Part shown: positions 39,666 through 54,809 of the stretch, piece after piece | How positions within the stretch are numbered: position 1 is the first letter of the stretch | How the letters are laid out: every line of letters begins with the position of its first letter | Assembly (NCBI RefSeq): GCF_009914755.1 | Contig: NC_060926.1 | From: the human T2T-CHM13v2.0 reference genome, Homo sapiens | Length of the DNA: 64,000 nucleotides | Reading direction: 5' to 3' (one strand) | Made by a program: the position numbers and the translations under genes | The notes under the pieces: generated by a model | Database searches by the model: none | What the model was told of the DNA's origin: nothing | The model's input: only the letters and a program-made list of their open reading frames with translations

Positions 39666-42600
39666 TTAAGCTTTGTACATAATGCATGCATTTCTATACA
39701 CTATATTTTCTCCTACATGTGCAAAAATGGATTAGAATAATTATTGCTAAACAAATGGAAACTATAAAATCAACAATAAAATTTGTGGTTTTGATGATAA
39801 GTCATTTAAAGAGGCTAGAAAAGAACTTAAGTGACCTGAAGTGACTGGATTGTGTCTGAGTGCCTCACTGTCCAAGAAGCTGACCTAGATGTCAGGGAAG
39901 AATGAGTATCTATTGATGTGGTGCCAAGGTAACAGGTAACTTCTGCTTCTTTTTGTTCTTACCTCATGACATGAATTTTGTGAAAGTGTTCAAATTGTAA
40001 GTATATGTTTGTGTGTACTCTGCATTGTTTGTGAATATTTTTAAGATTACCTCCTAAATTTCCCAGAAAATGTATTTTTTTCTTAATTCATAAATATTTC
40101 ATCTCATAACCTAAACAGTCAAAAGTTCTCCAAAATAATTAAACTGGCACATATGCTAGCTTTTTATCTCAGGTGTTTTGACAAACACATAACACTAAAG
40201 TTGTATATATTACACAATTATCTTAACTGATGAACACCAGTGTGTCTTTGAGTTGGCCCACCAGTAGTTTGATTAGAAATAAAGTTTCTAATAACTAACA
40301 TTAATGTCTAAAGTCATTCAGGAGAAAATATATCTGATTTCTTCTTCCTTTAGACAACACTGAATAAGACTTATTTTAATTGTTCATTTATCTGAACCCC
40401 TTGACTCCAATATAATTTGGAATTTAAACTGATTAGACATTTATTATATTTTAATCTGACATTGAAGAGTTCAGAACTTATTAGTGTCCAAAGGTGGGGA
40501 GAGAAAGATTTAAAAAAAAAAAAAAACTTTGGAATTGGCTGTTATTAAGATAAGTGTCTCATCTATATTATTTGCCCTCTCACAATTTCAGTCTGATATA
40601 ATTCTGATAAAAAACTATCAATATCACATTTTTGGAGACAAACTATATGAAATTCAAACAAATGTTCATGGGAAAGTCTAATGTGTGTTTTTTTCCACCA
40701 AATAAAGTCATTTGGACTTTGTCAGTAATCTATTTTTTTTTGGCTTTGGGTTTACATTCCATCTTTAACTAATTTCAACAACCTCCTTTCTGTGCCAATT
40801 AATAGATCATCGACATGTAGAAGTGAAGTTCAGTAACTGTTGGCTGTTTTAAATACGAGAGATGATGCATTTTAAGGAGATAAATAAAAATCATCAGTAA
40901 ATCATTTTGGATTTTTTAGCACTTTGTGGCATAGAAACAGTACACCATTTTCATCCAGTGAAAGAAGTTTATGCTTTATTTATTTGTTTTATCATTAGGT
41001 TTCATTGTTTGTAACGATTTTTTACTCCCAAATCCAATTTTTGTTAACATTTCCTCATTCTTTTTGTGGCTATTTGAAATTTGTTCAGCAATGCAACCAC
41101 CAAATATATCACTGATCCAATGGAATATCAATGTTCAAATTTCTTAAAATATAAACATATTCATTAACATAAGAAGCATATGGACTATCAAACTGGAGTT
41201 TGTCTTTATATAAATAAATATTATCTTTTCTCTTTTTGTGGTTACTGAAACCACATGGTATGCACCCATCGAACTGAATGTATTTTCTTTTCCCCTTCCT
41301 CAACATATCCAAACCTTGTATCACCACATTGTATTTTGTGTTTACTCCATAAGCTCTCAGCACAGTGAAGACAATAGGCAAACACAAGCAATTAAGAAAG
41401 AAAAAAAAAAAAAAATCCAATCACCAGTATGCCTGAGACAAAAGGAAGTTGTAGTTAAAGTACATTTTTTTAATAATGATCAACTCCTGTACATCATCTC
41501 TGTTCCCTTAACTCAATAATGAACGTCATTTATACTCAATTACTCATTATGATTTTCCATTGGAGTAATTCACATTAGTGTTACTAAAAGACACTCTTCT
41601 CCATATACTCCCAGAGCTATGTGGTAAGAGCATATCACAAATCTTTCTGTCCATTAATTACTCCTTTTGTAGCATAAGTTGAAAATTTTTGAAACTTGAG
41701 AATATTTCATTCCACAAACCACAACTGTCATTAAGTAGAATAAATGGAAACCAAAAAAACAAGTGTTTCGATTTTTTTGAATATGTCTGAGAATCTGGTT
41801 CTTAATATGCTTGTCAGTTTCTTATAATTTTCTGGACCTTAATAACTTGAAGTTCATATGCCAGTGAGAATATTAGTAACATGAAGAAATGTTAAATGTT
41901 GTAAGATAATTGAATATATGGTGCCTCTTTTGTGTCAGAGCATCGTATTCCTTATGATTATTCTGATTACTAATATAATTGACTTATGTAATTATTCTGT
42001 AGCATATAAAAAGTCAGAATTCTGCACCATATATGCTTTTTCTTTAATTGTTGGAAAGAAATATACTATAAGTTCAAGTTTCAACTTGCCCTCAAGTTTG
42101 GTAGCTGTTACATATTATTGTCACTTTGAGGAGCAGTTTGGGATATAATTTACTATTACCTTACACAGGATTCTTTAAGGGCATAAAAGGTTTGAGGGAC
42201 TGCTGAGGCGTCTTCCTGGAAACTCAGAAACTTTCTGTCTCTCTCTTTGAAACAAAATCCTTTATCACATTTTTTCCAAATTAATTATGAAAGCTAAAAA
42301 TGAAATCTTACTTTTGTCCCCCACATTAATCCTAACTAGATCAAAGGTTTTTTTGTTCATATTAATGGGAGCATAGCACTAGTGAGATTTAATTTCAAAC
42401 TTTTGTAATTATAGCTAAAATTAAATTTTACCATGGATGAATTGTCCATGTCTGTAGATGAAAGCAGGCTAGGAGGATTAGCAACTGGACCTCCAGTATA
42501 AGTTATGTTATCTTTGGTAATTAATTAAAATCAGTGTGTAGAGACCTATATTTGGAACATTAAGGAGTTTCCAAGCAGGGATTTTTCAAATTCCCTACAA

Positions 42601-45600
42601 GTTTAGTGTAAGAGGTGGGCAAGTAGCAGTTCTTTGAGGAAACTTGAGAAGATCATAAAATAGCAGGGTAAACCTACAGTATCTTATTCTGTTTACTGAA
42701 ATAAGCAGAATTAGGAGCTATTCTTGGTGTACTCTAGAAATTTCATAAAGCTGAAAAGCATGATTTTTACTTCCACAAAGGATAAACATTTGAGAAGCCA
42801 CTACAGAGTGTGAGAAGATAGATAATTTATCCTTAAAATTGAGCTTGTCCAGAGAAAATGGGGGAGGAAGCCTACTGACCTTGAGAAAGCTCTCTAAGAG
42901 AAAACAAATACAAAACTAAAATTACTGGTTAAATGCAAAAACAAAAATATTTTGATGCCAATGGCCAGAGTTGAGAATTGTAAAATATGGGTATGTTATA
43001 GACACATACTAGCAAAACAGCATTATTTCAAAAAGCATTGCCCAAGAGAAAGTTTTTGAAGCGTTTGAAGGGAAAGGTCCTATAAATTTCCGAAGTAGTA
43101 TCACAGCAAACAACCATTATGAAGTCCAGTGACCTAGGCCACTAAAGAGTTTTCCTGGTTTTACCTTTTTATAAAAGCCATTCCATAACACAATGCATTA
43201 CACAAGTGTTACACCATTAAAAAGTCCAACGGAGTATCTGTTTTCCTTAACCTGGCAGCCCCGTGCTTTCCAAGTGCAGGGTTGTACTTAGAAAGGCAGC
43301 CGCCCCTTTACACAGCCAGGGCTGAGGTGTAAGTATGAGTGTTTCCTTGGCAGTGACAATAAATGTAATTGGGACAGATGTACACTAATACCTTTCATCT
43401 CAACCCAGGCTGCTGTACCCTCATCCAGATTTTATCTTAAGAAAATAATTTTTTGACACTGCCAATAAGAATTTTTGAACTGTTTTTCATAAATCAAATA
43501 CACTACAAATGCCTAAAATTGTAAGACTTAAGGTTTGCATGTAATCTCATAGCAATTGCGTTATTGTGGGAAAGGAATAGTTTTGCTCATTCTATCCTAA
43601 TACTGTAGATTTGAGGGATTTATTTCCTTGAACTCTTCCCTTAATATTTTGTTATAACTTTTAGTTCTGATTATTTGAGTTTTCAGGGTGGGCCGAGCCA
43701 TTCTCCACTACTAGCCTAACCAGCCTTAAATTTGACTTGAAAAATGTTATACACCCCGCTTCGACGCCTTGTCATTTGTTAATATGACATCTATTAGGAA
43801 GCACATCCTGAACTCCTTTGCCTGAGCTTTTGCGCGTATTGTCCAAGCTCTTCCTCCCCTCTCAGTTTCATCTGTCATTAATGTCAATGGTAGCCTCAGT
43901 CTTCAGAGAAGTGTTTCCAGTCCAGTCCAGGACATTGCCCTCTCTGCTAGCCTGCACTCAAGGGATTTCATATCCTAGTTCTTCCTGAAGAAACATTATC
44001 CTGAATTGCTCCGTGACCTCTCGTGCTGTTGAATGAATATCTGATGTTGGTATTTTACCCAGCTTTCCATGAATATGCATTCTGTCTATAACTAGACTGT
44101 AAGGGGTGTGATATGCATTTTTGTATACTGCCCATCTTTCCCCCATCCTACCCTCAGATGAACTAACATGATACGTTTGATATAATAGTTGTTGTTCAAA
44201 ACATTTTTGCTAATTCCCTTTTAGTGGCCAATTCTAAGTAGAAAATATCAAATTCAATTCTCCATTTATAATAGTTTAGACATTTTTAATAATTTAGTCA
44301 GAAACAGCAAATACATAATCCAAGAGAATTGCAAAAAATCGTCTGTCGAGGAGCACTAACTGAGTTGGTATGTGTTACTATTTTGTCCAAGTGTATGATG
44401 ATTCAGTGATCATCTGCCATTCACAGAAAATAGATTCACTCATTTTGTCCTAGAAAGTAGTAATAACATAATAACTTCAATAACATTTTTTTAATGAGAA
44501 GCAACATGGTAAAAGCCAAATACACAATGTAGAGATTATGCCCTTCCATAATTATCACCATCTACAATGTGATCCAAATCATCAATGTTACCACTATTAG
44601 GCCACTAATAATTGACATTTCATAGTCACAAATTTCCCTTGACAGAACAGCATGTCAGACATCTGTTACCACTCCACTCCATTGCTTCTGCATATTTATA
44701 TTAACCTCCTTATTGACCTAATATTTGTCTTCTGCTTCCAGCCGCTATGTAAAAAGGTACTCTGAATACTTCTTCTGAGAGTTATAGGGCTCGCCGCCAT
44801 GCTATGCAGCAGTCTGTGTCCTGAGAACCTATGCCCATCAGCTTGTTGAATCTTCTGTTAGATTTTATGCTGCATAGCTAGAATTTCACTCAAAAGCCAT
44901 TGAACACATTAGAAAGATTACTTTGCCCCTTCTGACTCTAGCAGAAGCAATAAACCTGAACGCTATGAAAAGGCTATGAATTGATGGCCCCTGAGCTTAA
45001 CAGTTGGAAATAATAAATGACCAGGCTGACTGTTATGACAGTGTCCATCACTGAAAGTCCATAGGCTCACCGTCTCTATGTGCACAGTTTACTTGGAGCA
45101 GACATTTTCCTTTTCAGCCAGAAGAGAGTCTTGACTATATACTTGCCTTTGACTTAAATGGTCAAGTTATATTAACTGGTGAAATGCACATTTCTAAATG
45201 CTGCTTCTTTCAGATTTTTTTCTACACTTCTCAGAGGTTTCTAGGGGTTCTCATCTTGAGACTGATTCCACTGTGAAGTTTTTATTTATTCCTTAAATTT
45301 TAACTATTTCATTTAATCAGCTGAAAGGGAAACTGTTATCTGTATTTTAAAATTAGCCTATAGAATTTCCTTTTATTCTAAGTGTCTGAATAAAGTTCCA
45401 GCATGGGATTATCATTTTTGTCGTTTAAAAAAATCATATGGCTGCTCTCTTGTGCTTGCTCAGAAATGCATTTAACTAATGGTACTTTCCTATGCTAACC
45501 TTTTTATTCCTTCTTTTAATCTATTGACCATTTCCTGTACCAGCAAAAGAGTTCACTGTCTCTCAGTTTTTCCTTCACTTCTCAGTCATTAATATTGCAT

Positions 45601-45884
45601 CAAAGTTGTAGACCAAGCTTACACTTTTGCACCTGAGAATGTCCCTTCTACATATTTCCCAGGCTGTCTCGTCATTTACATGAGTCATATATAAAAATCA
45701 GTCCCCAAAGACTGATAAAATGGAAAGTAAAAGGTTGAAGGGATAGGCATAAAACCTCCAGACAAAATGTATGCTGAACAAATATTCATGGTTCAATGCT
45801 GTTGTCCAGACTATGCATCCATAAGACCTACTAGAACTTTGAAATGAGGCTATGAATGGGAAAAGATAGAGAAAGATTATAAAC

Positions 45885-46197
45885 CGTGGCACATTCCTGT
45901 AACCTCAGCACTTTTAGGGGCTAAGGCTGGAGGATCATTTGAGGGCAGGAATTGAAGACCAGCTTGATCAGCGTAGCCAGACCCAGTATCAACAAAAAAT
46001 TAAAAATAAAAAAAACTAAATGGGTGTGGTGGTGCATGCCTGTAGTCCCAGCTACACGGATTACTGGAAGACTGAGATGGGAGGATTGCTTGAGCATGAA
46101 AGGTCAAGGCTGCAGTGAGCTGTGATTATCGCACTATTGCCCTCAGGCCTGAGCGACAGAGCAAGATCCTGTCTCAAAAAATAAAAATAAAAAAAAG
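45885..46197 (+). mobile_element. AluJ, slightly 5'-truncated
   Basis: GGAGGATTGCTTGAG, GTCAAGGCTGCAGTGAGCTGTGAT; perfect 14-bp TSD GAAAGATTATAAAC at 45871-45884 and 46198-46211. Confidence 0.93.
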
Positions 46198-46319
46198 GAA
46201 AGATTATAAACTTTCAAAATGAATATGGGTGGCAGTCATTACCACACTCCTTCCTGTGCCAAGAATTTCCAGCCCTTGAGTAGAGTGACAACAGGGAAAG
46301 GAGCATCTTTCACTTTGTG

Positions 46320-46560
46320 TCAGGAAGGTTGGTGCCAGATGTAGTCAGGGACTATCATAAAATACTTTCACATGTGCTTTGAAAGAGTCACCACAACTTT
46401 ATGAGGTTTGTGTTGTCTCATTTTACAGAGAAAGAAAAATTAAGCATGGTGATGTTAGGTACCCCTTTTAAGGTCACAGAACTGGGAAGGAGTTAGGGAT
46501 GAGAATTAAATGCTAGCAGGACTATCCCATCGCCAGAGCTTTTCATTGAGCTAATGCAAC
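46320..46560 (-). mobile_element. MIR
   Basis: CACAACTTTATGAGGT...CATTTTACAGA...AAGGTCACAG. Confidence 0.55.
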
Positions 46561-46977
46561 CACATTTTAGGGTGATTTAAATATCTAAAGATTGCTTTTT
46601 GTTTGTTTGATTTGGTTTTTACTAGATTATAAAAATATTTTACATAACTTTTTGGATTAGAATCTTGTAATGAAACAACATGCTTCCTTTGGTGCTGGCA
46701 TGGAACGAGATCTTTTATTTCCTTTGTACTGTCTTGGAAGTGTTAGGAGAAAGGAAGATATTTTCCCATGCACTGTGTTATTAGGTGCACTATCTTTGGA
46801 GACCAATATAATTTTTTTTTATGTTTTCTCCAGAGAAGACATAATGATACAGGATTTTTCAGTTTGAACCATCCATGCACAATAGAAACAAAAATAGTTT
46901 CCATCTGTGTAAACTAGATGACACACAACTGGAATTACTACAAGCCAGGTACTTCCCAGGTTTAAATTAGTGAACAA

Positions 46978-47050
46978 ATATACCTATGTAACAAACCTGC
47001 ACATTCAGCACATGTATCCCAGAACTTAAAGTAAAATTAAAAAAAAAAAA
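46978..47050 (+). mobile_element. Very short L1PA (PA8-PA11-like) 3' tip with A tail
   Basis: TACCTATGTAACAAACCTGCACATTCAGCACATGTATCCCAGAACTTAAAGTAAAATTAAAAA. Confidence 0.9.
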
Positions 47051-48174
47051 TTCTGTCGTGTCTCAATAGAAGTCTTTAAAAATAACAAATGTAGTAGCTT
47101 CAGAAAAGAATTATGTCCAAAAGAGGAAGTTCAAAAATGATAGAATCTAATAGAAAGTTTGAAATACTGAACCATCTATGTTAAAAGTTGAGGATACCTT
47201 ATTTTATCCCTACCCTATGTGATTGCATATATGCATCTCAATTGTAAATGTTCAGCTGAGGTTTTATCTTTTTAATTTTGTCCCAGTCTTCTCTTTAGAT
47301 GAATACACGAATAGAGAAATAAAGTATATGGGTTGGCTTACAGGGCCTGAGGGTGTACACAGCTTTCAATGATAGATTTAAATGGCCATGAATTTACATT
47401 GACCTTACAATGTCCCCGTTTATCCTGAAGTGCACATACCATTTTCTCCTTTGTTGCCTTGATTAATGACTCTTCAATTCTTTTCTGTAGTTTCTCTTTT
47501 CTAAACTTTCCTGTTGATAAGTATGTTTCAATTCGAAAGCAGAGTGTCACCACAGAGTTGGGGTCACTTCCTGTTGGTCTTAGTTACTTGGAATTGCCAG
47601 CCCCATGGGTTTAGCTTTTACAGTGCTGCAAATATTTCATCTTGGTTATGTGGTCCCTGTGACTGGACCACATTGTCTATTATTTTAGATTGAGTAGCCT
47701 GTGTTCCCTTTTTTGTATGGCACTTGAGTAACATTGTATGACTGCTGACCCTAAAGAAAATGAGATGCGCCACCCACAAGACAAGAACTGAACGCTGAAA
47801 CTTCTAAATAACGTTTAAATAGAAGTCAATGCACTAACTCTAGACTGTAAATCTACACACACTTTCTAAGTTCCCAAACTTAATTTTCTTTACATCCCCC
47901 ATATGCCAGTTTCACTTGTGTGAGTCCTGCAAACTATACTATCTTTACTCTGTTCCCTTTAAGCATCCGGGTGTATGGACCTAATTTTATCACAGAGCTG
48001 GCTCTACTTTAAAAATTATAACTCAACACAAGACTCTAGGCTGGCAGTTTCAAGTACTTGGTTACAACTGTTTGCCGCATACATAGGATAACCCCATCCC
48101 TTAGGTAAAACTTGGTATTTTTCATAATCTGAAAAAATAAAAATAAACTGCAAGGTCTTGTTCACTGTATTAGC

Positions 48175-48206
<32 letters not shown>

Positions 48207-48267
48207 CCTTTTGAAGTAATTTGAGAATACCAAAGATGGCCTGTACGCCTGCACACATCTATAGGAT

Positions 48268-48347
48268 CTCTCTTTTTCTCGTTCTCTCTCCCCCTCTTCT
48301 TTCCTCTCTCTTCATCATTCCCTCTCTCTCTCCCTTTCTCGCTCTCC
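48268..48347 (+). repeat. CT-rich low-complexity tract
   Basis: Directly visible. Confidence 0.8.
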
Positions 48348-50915
48348 ACTGTGGAACATGCAATAAGAAAACAAATCTCAACTGCATAATTTGTAACATT
48401 TTTTCCCATGATGCAGTCTATCATTATTTGGATGACTAAAAGCTTTAATTATTTACTTTTGGGAGTCCCTGAAACCCATGTCATTACAAATACTGAAGAA
48501 TTTTCTGGGAAAGGTTTAAAACACTTCCAGTTACACTCTTGACTTAATATCTCAAGAAGGAAAAAAAAATAATGTTTCTACCACATATTTTATTAAACCC
48601 TTTAGGTCCTTTTACAAGAGAGGAAATACCAATTAACGTATAATTTAGCAGAACAAAATATTATCCCATTTCAACCAGTGCCCACTTCCTTGAAGTTTAT
48701 TCAAGCATTAATAACCATTTAATGCAATTTAACTACACTGAGGTATCCATTACATTAATATAATATATCCATCAGGAAATTAGAGTTTTGTCTCCATAAA
48801 TTTTGTATTACAAGAAGGTCCTTCTAATTTTATTGTGCATTTTATGATGCTTAATTTTAAATCCTTAGTCTCTGTTGCAGGGTGAGATTATCAAAATGTT
48901 CCTAATGTTAAATGATGTTAAAAGATTACAATTACTTGATTTATTGGCCCACAAAAAAGAATTTTTTTTGTATATGTAGATAAACATATTATTAACATAG
49001 TGGAGGATTTAAATCACTGGATTTGCCAGAATCATCAAATCTCATTAGGAATATAACAATGTGACTACATTTTTGAGACTTAATCATTAATAGTGATCCT
49101 TTGAAGGAATACACATTATACACATTAGAATGGTGTCCATAAAGTAATATCTACAGAGTCTATCGATCTGTACAGTGTTTTCAAGGACAAGTTACATTAC
49201 CTGTGTATGAAAAATTGCATCTGTATGTATATATATATATATTCTTACATGCTTTAGCTTAAGAAATATCTGATTATGGAACTTCAGCTACATTTCAATA
49301 TGTAAGAAAAAGATGTAACCACATGACTGTATGTCAGAATGTGAGATATTTAGGGGACTTGATAACCTTTCTAATGGACATTCTTATTTTTCAGAGAATG
49401 CTTAGAGATCTAAAAAAAGAAGAAAAAAAAACACTTGATCAAAGTGCCTTGGCTATTTACTCTTGGGATCAGAGAACAGGGCTGTCTGTGTCCAGGTTTA
49501 AGCATTTCCTACAACCTTCCAAACTCTTATCCAGGTGGGGTATAAACATTTACAAACAGTAATGGCAGACACAAATTTATGCTTCAGAGTGTCTTTCCTT
49601 CCATGTCAGGAGGATAGAGGAAATATGCCATCAACCCTTCTGAGCCTTTTGCAAGTTTCCCCATATTGCAACAGCATAAAAACAAACTCTACTGTAAAGA
49701 GTTCAACCTATCTCCATGAAGAAAGGGTTGCGAACCTATCTGGGTCAGATTTGTCTTCTCAAGTAAAACTGGAACCTTTATCCCAGGAATTTTATTCTTT
49801 TTTCGTAATTATTATGATCTACTGTTTACTTTTTTTTATTATTACATAGCATTTGCTTAAATGGTGTCTGCCAAGAGAAGATTTTGAAAGTAATAATCTG
49901 AAAGGGAAAATAAAATGGCGAAGGCTCCTAAAGTCTTGTTAAGTGAATTGCTGAAGTTGTAAATTTGATTAATTCAAGAAAAAGTTTGTTACTAAGGAGG
50001 CTGTAATGGTGTTTACATGGGGAAAGCAAATATAAAGCCAGGGAGATATTCCACAAATTTCAGCAAGATAGACCAACCCAATGTACACATTTGACCCCTT
50101 ATCCACTGCAAAGTTGAGACACTATCCAGGGAAACAGAATAATTTCCTAAGTTTTCCTGCCTACATTTCCTAATTGATTCAGTTCAAGAGGTTACTCACA
50201 AACCACTGTTCTTAATGCTAGAAGGCAAACAACTGTACAAAAGATAAATGAATTTTTCAGTGATTTTCAGCTTAGTCTATATGAGTAAGTGTTATGTCTC
50301 AAGCTATCGTTTCCTATTCCATCTTCTTTGTTATCTATATGCCTTGTAATGAAATAAAGTGAGATCATAAACATATGTTGTTTGGCTCTATTTATCTTGC
50401 TGATCAAACAGTAAGGATGAGGTCCTAAAGAGTAATGCCTCAGCAAGAATAGATCAATAGCTTTAAATTTAATGAGTAGGGTTTTCTTCCTTGACAACAA
50501 GGAAGAAGGAGAGAAGAGAATGAAGAGAGGCAGCCAAGTACTCACTTTGACAGAGAAAAGAATCCTGGAAAGGGCTTCCGCTGGAAGGTGAGTTCGCTCT
50601 GTTTCTCTCATGCTTTCTTTTCTGTTTCCCATCTATTCTCTACCATTTTAAAATATTCTTACATCTATCGTCAGGTAAAATAAACATAAAAGCTCTTGCC
50701 TTATTTTTATTTTTAAATTTGTGTTTACCAAACCTGTAAGCAAACTTTCACAATATTCATTCAATAAACATTTATTGGGCACCTACTGGGTACCAAACAT
50801 ATCCATCTTATGGCTCTTGTGCCACTTCTTAGCATAATCATTGGCTTCCTGGCTTGTCTTCACCGGACGATGTGCTCAGATGCTAATTCTGGATCTGTAC
50901 TACCTAAACTTCATA

Positions 50916-51271
<356 letters not shown>

Positions 51272-52559
51272 TCAAAAATTATTCCTCACACTTTACCAAC
51301 TCCACAGTTGTACAGAGGTTAATTTAACAAAGACTAAAAAAGAAAAGTATTACTTTATTCATTCAAAATAAGATGTGTCTGGCATATGAAAATCCTTACC
51401 AAGAGTATTTGTATTCAATTTTTTTAAATGTCTTAAATAATTTGTAGATGAATCTTTCACTGGTAAATTATCTCAAAGTTTTGTACAAAATCTCCCCACT
51501 ACCACATCCTTGTTGAATCCTGAGATCCCATTTCTACAACTTTGAATTGTTCTCCTCTGCTGATGTTTAAAGTGAAAACTGACCTACTAAATCAGACATT
51601 TTGACTGGCTATACAGAAAATTGATAAATTAATTTCTAACGTATCTGATTATCTTATACTGGGATGATGTGGCCTTAAATTTGAGAGGAAGTTTTAAAAA
51701 CAGATGCCAGATTTCATTTCTCATATAGAAAACAGGATCAGTGAAGAAAACAAAGCACAAACATGAAAATATTGGTTATCTCTATGGAACAAATCATGTG
51801 AGCAAAATTGTTTTTAGAATGTAGTGAACATTGTGTGTCAGTGTATAACAGTAAGGTCTATGTTACATAAATTTCATATTCTTCTTCACTGTTGGCTGTA
51901 TTTACTAAGACATCTTTATTGGAACCCATTGATAGTTATTAAATACTTCTTATTTCACAGAATTTCTTCTTTCTTAGAATGATAGCAGTTCTGAATTCAA
52001 TCATTTGAATTTACCAAGAAAAAATATTACTACTTCTGCATCTACCAATGGAATAAGCAGGTAGAAAAGTAAAAATCAACTAACACTTGAATCCCTGTTT
52101 CCCCAAATCAATGGGAAATGTGTTGATTTATCAATAGTTTTATGGATGATGAAATTGTACTTGACAAACATAAAAAAGATATTATTTAGTAAAATATTTA
52201 ACTTTTTAAGAAAGAAGACGCATGCAATTCCAGTTTCAAGAGGCAGTGATAGATACTTAGAGATTTCATGTTTAGTTTGACTTGGCCTGTTTAGATTTAA
52301 CAGTTAATTTCCAGTTAGAATTAATGTGGAGATGCGGAGATGCCCTTCATTTATGACCTAAAACTTAAAGGTTTCAGTTTAAATTATTTGTCCAAATTAA
52401 ACAACACAAATTATATCCTGAAGAAATTAAAAATAGCTTTGGTACTATGTTCTTTTATGCAGTAATCTTTTACTTTTTACTCTAATATAATAATTACTAG
52501 CTTCCAAAATGTTTAATTCAACTCTTAAGACCTTCTGTAAAATCATAACTTTTATTCTC

Positions 52560-52755
52560 TGTATGCTTACAATGTACCCAGCATTGTGGGAGACACTATC
52601 AACAAATTTATCCACAACACATGAAAGAGTTGTTATCATCTCCAATTTTCATTGTTCAAAAATAAAGCTTCAAACAAGTAAATTAGCCTTGGTAACCAAT
52701 GTTATGCACTGCAGAATCGGACCATTCAAATGTGAATCTGGCTGTTCTAAACCTT
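52560..52755 (-). mobile_element. MIR
   Basis: TGCTTACAATGTACCCAGCATTGTG...TTATCATCTCCAATTT...TCTGGCTGTTCTAAA. Confidence 0.5.
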
Positions 52756-53540
52756 GTGTATATTCAATAAGGATACACAAACTTTGGCAATTTGATGTCT
52801 GTGGCTCTGGAAAGTTATGCCCTGTCTTTATTCTAATTCTAACATATTTTATTCATTGTAAATGACTACTGAATATATAAGCAAGCTGTTCTTTATGACT
52901 TCATAAATATGAAACAGTGAATACAACAGAATGGATTCCCTATTACATGAATTCCCAATTAGAGAATCAAATACTGGGTATAGTAATCACAGTCACTGAA
53001 TCAGTTTGCCTGCACACACTCTCTCTCTCTCTTCCTCTATTTGCTTCTTCTAGGCATCCAAACTGTAAGGTATGGCTTAACTACAGAAAGTAGAAATGTC
53101 TCAGGTTGATGTTAAGAATATGATAACACAGAGAAGAAAGTATTTTGCAAAAGGAGCTGTTCTGCTTTTCTGATGCTGACTTGTAACTGTTCATTCTTAA
53201 GTCTACTTTTCAAAACAGACTCAGTACATTTTCTCCAGCAATTTAGAAACTTAGAATTTTTTATCCTGAGGTTTACTATCCATTAAAATATAGAATTAAA
53301 ACTATAATCAAACAACTCAACACGGCAGAAGTTGAAGATTTGTATTTACTTTTATATCCATTTCTTTCAGAATTAACAAGGAAAAAAATGTTCTTCAATT
53401 GCTAATATGATTTTTATCTTGTTATCAATTTAAATATCAATGGTAAATAAAAGAAGACTAGATATGCTGTTTTCACAAATTCTAGTTTCATTTTATTTTT
53501 TTTTTTAACAAGTAAAGCTATAGGATTTTAAAATATTTGT

Positions 53541-53760
53541 GCTCTGGAGCCAGAAAGACCTCTCCTGTAATTCTAACTGCTCCATTTATTTACTCCTACC
53601 ACATTGAAACATTACATAATCTCTGGAGCCTCAGTTTACTTGTCTGTAAAATGAAGATAATGTTTACTTTTCAGCGTTGTCAAAAAGGTGAGAGACAACA
53701 GGTATGAAACATCTTCAGATCAGTAAGCATTCAGTAAATGGGTGGTCATTATGATCATTT
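53541..53760 (+). mobile_element. MIR
   Basis: GCTCTGGAGCCAGA...TCTCTGGAGCCTCAGTTTACTTGTCTGTAAAATGAAGATAAT...CAGTAAGCATTCAGTAAATG. Confidence 0.8.
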
Positions 53761-54809
53761 AGGATTTAGTATAATGGCAATTTGTCTACTAGAGAGGTAG
53801 GAAAAAATAATCCAATAGAAATTTAACAATATGAGCATTCTATACCCTTTGAGAATGCCACACAAATATATTTTTTATATCACAGCTTTCTGTAGAAGGA
53901 GTCAATGAAGTATTATAGAGCTATGCTGTTTTTGTTTTGTCGTGTTGTGTTTTCTGTTAATATAGAATAGAAAGGCTAGAAGACAAGGTTAAAAGGGGAT
54001 TGTAACTAAAAAATGAACTTATGCTTGGTGTTTCATTTCTCTTTCAGTTTCTACGATTTCTTTTTCTGGGTGTTCCCCTAAGTGGCATTAAATAAACATC
54101 ACAGACTGCAATAGGATAAAGGCTGGCCTCTACTGCAATACAAAAACCATCTTAGGAAGACAGGGTGTAGCTATGCAGTTCCAATTGGGGCAAGGAAAAG
54201 TATATATAAAAGAGGGGAGTTTGGATTGCTGAAATGCGACTTCTCATCATCAAAAAAACATTTGTTAAACTTCCATACATAGGATACTTGGCGGACAAAT
54301 GCTGCTGTAAATTAAATATCCAATATGCAGGTGCTTGTTTTCAAATACAGGTATTTAGGATTTATATTTCCTTGAGTTTATGAAATTAAATGAGTAGAGG
54401 TCCAGAATTTGTGTATAGTATTATTTAGCAAATAAGTCAGTGCTTATCTTCTAATCATGTTTATTGTCAATGGATTTCGGCAGGAAAACCTGATGAAAAG
54501 ATTCTTACAGCTCACAATTGCCAAGCATAGAGCCTCTTCCATGCATTTTAGCTTGAAAATGATCATTTATGGCAAAAGCAATTGTCTTTATAATTTGATT
54601 GAAACAAGCATATTATGAGGAAAAGTTATCAGAAATGCAGAGACACTGTGTGTCCTCTCTATTTGAACAAGTGAGTGGATTATTGTGCCACAGGCTTTGG
54701 TAATCTTTGCTAATTGCCCTCACTACTTAGATGATACCTCACCACTTTTTGTGTGCAGTACACAATTATGCCTTTCATTCAGACAATTCGCTATTATTAT
54801 CTGCTTCCT

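Noticed and set aside
40797-41420. RT-like words on the minus strand (LRAYGVNTKY; LLHVDDLLI)
   Set aside because: They are ~540 nt apart, about twice the spacing in non-LTR RTs, with no QG/SP motif between; likely chance. A Dfam or tblastn search would settle it.
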